Origin: Octopus sinensis
Taxonomy: Eukaryota
Assembly (NCBI RefSeq): GCF_006345805.1
Contig: NC_043010.1
Coordinates: 4,402,001-4,466,000 of the forward strand
Direction of reading: 5' to 3'
DNA: 64,000 nt
Part shown: in pieces, positions 55,756 through 64,000 of the stretch
Numbering within the stretch: position 1 is the first letter of the stretch
How the letters are laid out: the number at the start of each line of letters is the position of its first letter
Notes under the pieces: model-generated
Told to the model about the DNA's origin: nothing
The model's database searches: none
What the model saw: only the letters and a program-made list of their open reading frames with translations
Program-made: the position numbers and the translations under genes

Positions 55756-55969
55756 GTCATCATCATTTAATGACTATTTTCCATGTTGGAATGGGTTGGA
55801 CTGTTTGACGGAAAATGGGTGAGTGGGGGAAATGCATCAGGTTTCAATCTGATATAGCATGGCTTCTACAGCAGGATGCACTTCCTGACACCAACCACTC
55901 CAAGAGTGTAGTGGATGCTTTTAACGTGCCACCTACATAGGTGCCAGTCATGTATATGTATATATAATA

Positions 55970-56208
55970 TGTGTGTGTGTGTGTGTGTGTGTGTGTTTGT
56001 GTGTCTGTGTTTGTTTCCCCAACATCGCTTGACAACCGGTGCTGGTGTGTTTACGTCTCCGTAACTTAGCGGTTCAGCAAAAGAGACCGATAGAATAAGT
56101 ACTAGGCTTACAAAGAATAAGTCCTGGGGTCGATTTGCTCAACTAAAGGTGGTGCTCCAGCATGGCTGCAGTCAAATGACTGAAACAAGTAAAAGAGTAA
56201 AAAGAGAG
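55970..56208 (+). mobile_element. SINE family A, 3' half
   Basis: Matches the family A tail. Confidence 0.85.
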
Positions 56209-56440
56209 TATCATGGGAATTCCTTCCATTGATGCTGAAACTAGCAAGCCTCAGCTGGGAACTTTCTACAGAAGGGACATAAGATTAGTACCTTCAGGTT
56301 TTTAGTTTTGTATAGTATCACTTTGACAGTCTCTTCTAATAATAAACAACAGCCAAATCAGAGAGTAACATCTTGCAATTCCTCCAGGAGTACTCAGTAG
56401 CTAATACTGTTCTTTATCATTCCATAACTTTTGAAGAAAT

Positions 56441-56795
56441 ACAATTCTATATTTCTGAGATGAGGAATTTATATTATGTACACTGTTTATATTAGTTGGG
56501 ACTGGTGTCCTCACCTTGATTGTTGCTTTCACTATGTTTCAGTTGTTGTATTCTCAAGCCTTCTTCAGGTGTATTGTGTTGAACTCATTTGGTGTACCAG
56601 AATTTATTTGATCCATGGGTATACTATTCTATTCCTCTGTCTCTGTTACATGACGGCTTTTTTTCATTTTAATTTTTGCTTCAGTGTATTCCTGAAGATC
56701 AAATAAAGGCTGGAGCAGACAACAGCCAGAAAATAGAGAAAGCAACAATCAAGATGATACACCAGTATAACTAATTTATAAAGTACACATAATTC
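56441..56795. repeat. Old inverted Penelope-like pLTR pair with degenerate hammerhead cores
   Basis: 56441-56570 (minus) vs 56691-56795 (plus) share cctgaaga..aggct..gaaagcaacaatcaag.tga..caccagt..aactaat; end similar to 44300-44400. Confidence 0.55.
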
Positions 56796-56944
56796 TGAAT
56801 AAATGTTCTTCAAAAAGATTCGAAGGACAACCACTCTTCATGGTTATGATTCTTAGAAACTTAACAATGATTCTAATATTGACCAAAAATATAGTTTCTC
56901 TCAAGCTTGTGACCATTACATCATATTTCAATCCAAGAGCAAGA

Positions 56945-57220
56945 GACATCATCATCATCATCATCGTTTAACATCTGCTTTCCATGCTAGCATTGGTTGG
57001 ACGGTTCAACCGGGGTCTGGGATGCCAGGAGGCTGCACCAGGCTCCAGTCTGATCTGGCAGTGTTTCTACAGCTGGATGCCCTTCCTAACGCCAACCACT
57101 CCGTGAATGTAGTGGGTGCTTTTTATATGCCAGGTGAGGTTGGCAATGGCCATGATCGGTTGCTGCTTTTTACATGCCACCGGCACGGAGGCCAGTCGGG
57201 GCAGTGCTAGCAATGGCCAC
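56945..57220 (-). mobile_element. SINE family D
   Basis: catcatcatcgtttaacatctgctttccatgctagc... reverse of 16870-17186. Confidence 0.75.
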
Positions 57221-57239
57221 GGGCTTAAAAATACCATTT

Positions 57240-57520
57240 GAACAAAGCTGAATGTGACCCACTTAAACCTATAAGATATGCCCAGAGATGTCAATTTTGT
57301 CACATATTCATGGAGACATTATGCATTTGAATGGTAACTCCTCCACCATCACCAATGCTATCAAAATATCACTTCCAAAGTAGCATGACATTTAGTAGAA
57401 CGGTGTACAATGGCATTAGTAGGAAAGACAAACACAGCCTCATAGAAACACAAGTTTCTTCAGGTATACGATTGATTGTCATTTGAAGTTCAATATGGCT
57501 GTTGTTTCCAGAAGATGCAT
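57240..57520 (+). mobile_element. Decayed mariner transposase remnant
   Basis: ctcctccaccatcaccaatgc resembles coding for LLHHDNA. No ORF. Confidence 0.25.
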
Positions 57521-58067
57521 GCATGATTTCTTTTAACAAGAAAAGGCATCTATGTAAACACTGGCGTTCATATTGATTATATGTAATCAACGATTTTATT
57601 ACTACCAATGAACAAATGACACAGTTGAAAACAGGGTTTTAATATCTTGCCATCCATCTAACATCGTCCGCACAAATAATACACACTCCTGTTTGATAAT
57701 CCGCTACTGAGTCACCAGTACGCTCCATATGCAAACAACCATACTCACTGATGTGCATGAATGAAGACGCATGTATGCACGTGCACGTATTGAGGTTGTG
57801 TGGAAGTGCTTAAGAAGTGTTAAGGAAATAGACAAACAAATTTAATGATTTCAAGTTATGAAAAGAAGCAGAAAAAACACAAAGCTATCTGGAGAAGAAA
57901 AGGATAAAACTGAGGTAGGATATATATATAGATATCTATGTGTACATATACACACAACACACACACACATATACACAAACACAACACACACGCATATATG
58001 TATATGTGTGTGTATATATATATAAATACAATAAATACACACACACATAGATATATGTATATGTGTA

Positions 58068-58104
<37 letters not shown>

Positions 58105-58308
58105 CATGCATGTATACACACACACACACAGACTATTCATTTGTTCATTTAATGGGTCTGTTTACATGCTAATATAGGTTGGATTGGGATGTATTTATAG
58201 AAAGATTTTACAGTTGGATGCTCTTTCTGTTGTCAATGCCAACTGGTTTATTTGTTTGTTTGTATGCATGCATGCATGCATGTATGTATGTATGTATGTA
58301 TCTGTCTG

Positions 58309-58384
<76 letters not shown>

Positions 58385-59034
58385 CCTACCTACCAACCTA
58401 GCTACCTACCTACCTACCTACAAATGACTGAAACGAGTAAAAGAGAGTTCTCTGTCTGTCTCGAGAATGTGACAGAGCATACTAACACCATGTTTAAATT
58501 ACAATTGAAGGCACTGGCCTAGAGGTTAGGGTGTTGCACTGATGATCATGAGATTGTGTTTTCAATTCTCAGTCCAGCTGTGTGTTCTTGAGCAAGCCAA
58601 TTTATTTCACAAGCCAATTTATTTCACATTGTGTTCTTGAGCAAGCCAATTTATTTCACATTACTCCAGTTCACTCAAAGCAAAGAATTAAATCAAATAA
58701 AATAAAATAAAAAATAAATTAAAACTACTGACACATCCTATGCCTACCTACCAAAAGGGACATATCTAAATATGCAAACCTACTTACAAAGTTCTAATTA
58801 CATGAATAAATTCTAAACAATAACATAACCTCAAATTGAATCAATAAAAATTTCTTCAGAACACCTTTTAATAATAACCCGCCCTAAGACCTAATTACAA
58901 CTCCTCTCAAACCCACATACCTGAGGAAGATATTAACTCAACAGAGGCTATAATAAAGCCTAGATTACCTTCAGTGCATCACAAACTAACGATGGCTTCA
59001 CTGGATGAAACTTTGAAGTCACTATCAACAATAC

Positions 59035-59445
59035 TTTTACTCTTTACTCTTTTATTCTTTTACTTGTTTCTGCCATTTTGACTGCGGCCATGCTGGAGCA
59101 ACGCCTTTAGTCGAGCATATCGACCCCGAGACTTATTCTTTGTAAGCTCAGTACTTATTCTATCGGTCTCTTTTGCCGAACCGCTAAGTGACGGGACCGT
59201 AAACACACCAGCATCGGTTGTCAAGCAATGCTAGGGGGACAAACACAGACACACATACACATATATATATATACATATATACGATGGGCTTCTTTCAGTT
59301 TCCGTCTACCAAATCCACTCACAAGGCTTTGGTCGGCCCGTGGCTATACTAGAACACACTTGCCCAAGGTGCTACGCAGTGGGATTGAACCCGGAACCAT
59401 GTGGTTGGTAAACAAGCTACTTACCACACAGCCACTCCTGCACCT
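59035..59445 (-). mobile_element. SINE family A, full length
   Basis: Reverse-complement match to family A. Confidence 0.9.
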
Positions 59446-59921
59446 GAAGAATAATAAATCTATACTAAACAAGTGTAGATGAACCCATCAGATTAATGTA
59501 AAATTGTTCCTGTTATTGAACTGAACATAAAAACAAGCATTAACGTGTGTGTGTGTGTGAGTGTGTTTGTGCATACGTGTGTGTGTGTGTTCATATGTCC
59601 TCTTGTTTTGACATCCTGTGATGATTGTAAATGAGCATCCCTGTCATACAAGTCCGGCTTTTCATTTCCTGGCTTCCCATCTAGTTAAGGGAAATATAAC
59701 CTTATTGGACAGAGGGAGGGAGGGTTGGTGACAGGGAGGGCATCTGGCCATAGAAAACCTGCTTCAACAAATTCCATTTGACCCAAGCAAACATGGAAAG
59801 GTGGACATTGAATGATGATGATAATGATGACTCCCTAACAAATTTCTTTAGGGATGCTTCTATTTAATAATGGAATATAATGCAAATTTCAATAGTTACA
59901 GATGTATTATAATCATACATC

Positions 59922-60150
59922 TGGCGAGCTGGCAGAATCGTTAGCACGCCGAGCGTAATGCCTAGAGATATTTTGTCTGTGGTTACGTTCTGAGTTCAAA
60001 TTCCGCCGAGGTCAGCTTTGCCTTTCATCCTTTTGGGGTCAATTAAATAAGTACCAGTCAATCACTGGGGTCGATATAATCGACTTAATCCCCTTGTCTG
60101 TCCTTGTTTGTCTCCTCTATGTTTAGCCTCCCGTGGGCAATAAAGAAATA
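59922..60150 (+). mobile_element. SINE family B
   Basis: tggcgagctggcagaatcgttagcacgccg...gagttcaaattccgccgagg. Confidence 0.85.
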
Positions 60151-60241
60151 TATAATCTCTTAGTGTGTGTTTCTCTGTACATATATATATATATATGTAT
60201 GTATGTATATATAAATACAAATATGTGTGTATGTGTGTGTT

Positions 60242-60272
<31 letters not shown>

Positions 60273-60684
60273 ATATATATATATGCATGTATGTATATAT
60301 AAATACAAATGTGATGGAATCATTCTTCACAAACCTTACGAATAACAGATATCTGGTGCAGCTATCATTGCACCAGACCCATGAACAAGTTTTAGCTGGT
60401 GGATGAAGAACAAGCCATGAAGTCCTTGATATTGAAAATTGTGAGAAATACAAAATATGCGAGCGTATTAAACTGAACATTTCTAAGAGGAGAAACGCTG
60501 GGTAATATTGGAATGGAGATAAATGTGAAGAACTGAGATAACAAGTTAATATACTGAGATCAGTAAAGTAAATGTATACGGAAAAATATGAAGGTCAGCC
60601 ATATATGGTTATCATATTGAAGTATAAAGATAAAATAAATATGGAGATAAGAGAGAAATATGAAAGTATGAAGTTGAGAAACGA

Positions 60685-60930
<246 letters not shown>

Positions 60931-61066
60931 AAAATCCAGATGCAATATAAATGAATAAATAAAATGATAAATTTGATGTTGAATAGAATAATCTAAAATG
61001 GTGAAATATCAAGAAAAGATGAAGATAAACGAAATGCCGAATAAAAGCTGCTGAATGAGAAATATA

Positions 61067-61101
<35 letters not shown>

Positions 61102-61253
61102 CTCCGATATAAAGGTAGGATGCTTTTATAAAAACAATTTCAGAAGTAATTGCAGAAATATGGAGTTTGTGATGAAATAAAATGCAACAATGAAATGCAA
61201 TGGGTTTGCAAGAGAAATAGAGAAATAGGCAACATAACGTAAGAACGATAATG

Positions 61254-61319
<66 letters not shown>

Positions 61320-61407
61320 TATATTATATAAATATAATATATATATATAATATATATATATATATAATATATATATATATATAATATATATAATATATAA
61401 TATATAT

Positions 61408-61439
<32 letters not shown>

Positions 61440-61449
61440 TATATATATA

Positions 61450-61515
<66 letters not shown>

Positions 61516-61697
61516 GTGTATATATATAAAGCACGAGAGAAAGAGTGAGACTGGAACATTGAAATAACAATGAGATTGAAATAACAAATAACTGGGACAT
61601 AGAGCTAAGTAAATTAGAAGTGTACACGAGAAAGAATCTAAACTAAATCTGGGAAATATAATAGAGACTGGAAAATGTCTATGTGAATGTGTGTGTG

Positions 61698-61732
<35 letters not shown>

Positions 61733-61770
61733 GTATGTATGTATGTATATATATATCTACATACATATAC

Positions 61771-61801
<31 letters not shown>

Positions 61802-62879
61802 ATATATGAAATACGAAAGCATCAATGCAATATAAGTGCTTTCTTTATATTTCACAGTTTTGTCTCTCTGTTCCTGTTGTACTGGCATTTGTTTCATATC
61901 GCTATTCTTCCTTGCTATCACCATAATTCTCTGTTATGTCCATATTTCACTAACATAACTTATAATTTTCTATTATCTCCATATTTTACTTCCATAGCTA
62001 TTTTTTCTGTTATATTCATATTTCCAGCCTCCTTCTCATATTTCTCATAACCAGCTGATATTTATCATTTATTGCTTTCTCTTTGTGTGTGTTTCTCTGT
62101 ACACACACACACACATATATATATATGTATGTATGTATGTATATATAAATACAAATATGTGTGTATGTGTGTGTTTTTATATATATATATATGTATATGT
62201 ATGTATGTTTGTATGAATATATAATATCTTATATGTTCCTCTATCATAATGTTTCAAAATTGTTTTCATATTTATCTGCTTTTCCAGCATAATAATAAAT
62301 ATTATTCTCATAACCCACACACCAGCCTCCTGAATATTATTTGTGTAACTTACCCTTCTGCTCTGTTACTGCTAAAAACAATTTTTTTTTTTCCTATTTT
62401 CTTATGGTCATTTAACTTCATTTATTACTATAATATCACAATTTCAGTGTTTTGCTCAATACTGTCAGCTATCATGAAATTGTTGTTTCAAATAATAAGA
62501 TTTTGATTGTTTAGATGACCAATGGCTGATGGTTTGATACCGTGCGTCATTTGAAAAAGTGGATTTCTCAAATTGTTCTGGATTGTATCAATTTTAACTG
62601 AAATAAGGCAATTTTAAAATATTCCTATGTAACCTGTATATAAATGCTGATATTGCAAAGTTGGGCCTATCATAAGCTAATTTTATTCATGATGCTCACT
62701 TTTCCCATATTATGCACTGCCGAAATTCAAGTGCATTAAATTTGCATGTGTGTCTTTTTATGTCGTTGAATATGATACTTATTTTATCAACCATGATAGG
62801 AAGAAAAATGCCCCAAAATGCTTATTTCACAAAAGGAGCATATTACCAAAGCTGACAATTAAAAAATCAACCAAATGAG

Positions 62880-63140
62880 CAAAATGTCATGGTATAGGTT
62901 GCTCTCTGACAGATTTATGGTTGAGCATGTGGCAATGGAGACCTCTGGCATTTTCAGTACCCAAACCATAACCCTGCTCACTGTTAGCAGGGTGGGAAGT
63001 GGCTATCTGAAAGTGCAAGACCTGTGAGTCAGAGTGGCTGTTCCAGTGCATCTCCCTCACCATCCTCCAGAGCAATGCCTTTTTCCATTTTGTCTGCTGG
63101 GACCATGAGGCAATCTGAATTGCAAGAAATTGTATGTTCT
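62880..63140 (-). mobile_element. Decayed mariner transposase remnant
   Basis: Minus gactcacaggtcttgcactttcagatagccacttc approximates DNA coding for YSPDLAPSDYHLF. Confidence 0.4.
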
Positions 63141-63339
63141 CCTCCTTAATGTAAAGTTACCCCATACAAACAAATAATAAATGATCATAAAAAAAAGAAA
63201 AATGTAAGTCGCTTGCTAACATGGTTCCGGGTTCAGTCCCACTGCGTGGCACCTTGGGCAAGTGTCTTCTACTATAGCCTCAAGCCAATCAAAGCCTTGT
63301 GAGTGGATTTGGTAGCCGGAAACTGAAAGAAGCCTGTCG

Positions 63340-63374
<35 letters not shown>

Positions 63375-63459
63375 TTAGAGACAAAACCACTATTTTGCAA
63401 AACAAACAAGGAAAGACTTAATCAATACATAAAATTTTAATAAAAAGTAAAAAAAACCG

Positions 63460-63502
63460 CCACTACAATTGTTTCTTGTCCTGATCGACAATCTTCAGGT
63501 GG
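63460..63502 (-). ncRNA. Minimal type I hammerhead ribozyme (mirror copy)
   Basis: Exact reverse complement of 63571-63613. Confidence 0.75.
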
Positions 63503-63570
63503 ACTTCCAATTTTCAAGTCAGTTTCAAATTATGAAGTCATAATTTGAAACTGACTTGAAAATTGGAAGT

Positions 63571-63613
63571 CCACCTGAAGATTGTCGATCAGGACAAGAA
63601 ACAATTGTAGTGG
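63571..63613 (+). ncRNA. Minimal type I hammerhead ribozyme
   Basis: ccac-CUGAAGA-ttgtc-gatcag-gacaa-GAAA-c-aatt-g-UA-gtgg: stem I 4 bp, stem II 5 bp, 1-bp stem III with palindromic AAUU loop; predicted cleavage after GUA at 63609. Confidence 0.75.
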
Positions 63614-63812
63614 CGGTTTTTTTGACTTTTTATTAAAATTTTATGTATTGATTAAGTCTTTCCTTGTTTGTTTTGCAAAATGGTGGTTTTGTCTCTAATT
63701 AATATTATATAATATTTTACTATAAAATTGGATTTAATCCTAAATCTGATTTTTTTTCCCTGTAAATTTGGATTTATTCCCTAATATTTATTATTATATA
63801 TATATATATGTA

Positions 63813-63854
<42 letters not shown>

Positions 63855-64000
63855 GTTTGTGTGTCTGTGTTTGTTCCTCTAGCATTGCTTGACAACCGAT
63901 GCTGGTGTGTTTACGTCCCCGTCACTTAGCGGTTTGGCAAAAGAAACCGATAGAATAAGTACTGGGCTTACAAAGAATAAGTCCCGGGATCGATTTGCTC

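Larger units (their letters stand above)
63362..63711. repeat. Near-perfect 350-bp palindrome (174-bp arms, 2-nt loop)
   Basis: Arms 63362-63535 and 63538-63711 around loop ag; two mismatches seen (accacta/accacca and aaagtaa/aaagtca). Confidence 0.95.
63204..64000 (+). mobile_element. SINE family A split by the palindromic insertion
   Basis: Head 63204-63340, tail from about 63855 to the window end; the palindrome sits in the internal microsatellite. Confidence 0.8.

Noticed and set aside
58580-58660. Short tandem duplication tgtgttcttgagcaagccaatttatttcaca
   Set aside because: Slippage duplication inside a decayed SINE; not a CRISPR array (no unique spacers).
60352-60377. Perfect 9-bp hairpin tctggtgca/tgcaccaga
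   Set aside because: Too short for a pre-miRNA; a few are expected by chance.

Overview
This is AT-rich, microsatellite-dense eukaryotic DNA. The SINE families and repeat style suggest an octopus (coleoid cephalopod) genome; that is my inference, not a database result. Nearly all ORFs in the supplied track are artefacts of (TA)n/(CA)n/(TATC)n/(AAT)n repeats or SINE consensus sequence. Supportable content: (1) a few host exon candidates that I cannot name (+ strand 820-979 and 9872-9970/10009; - strand terminal exon 14257-14543); (2) many tRNA-derived SINEs of at least four families; (3) a young 5'-truncated RTE LINE with a 19-bp TSD, a non-autonomous Helitron inside a decayed pogo/Tigger, three piggyBac-like MITEs, and mariner/Tc1/CR1 remnants; (4) a SINE-mediated ~960-bp tandem duplication. 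The most interesting signal is a cluster at 44-64 kb of Penelope-like fold-back elements carrying minimal hammerhead ribozyme motifs. It includes a 350-bp near-perfect palindrome (63362-63711) with an intact hammerhead core on each strand. A separate 119-nt element with a pseudoknot-like pairing pattern lies at 41810. No CRISPR, rRNA or genuine tRNA gene was seen.
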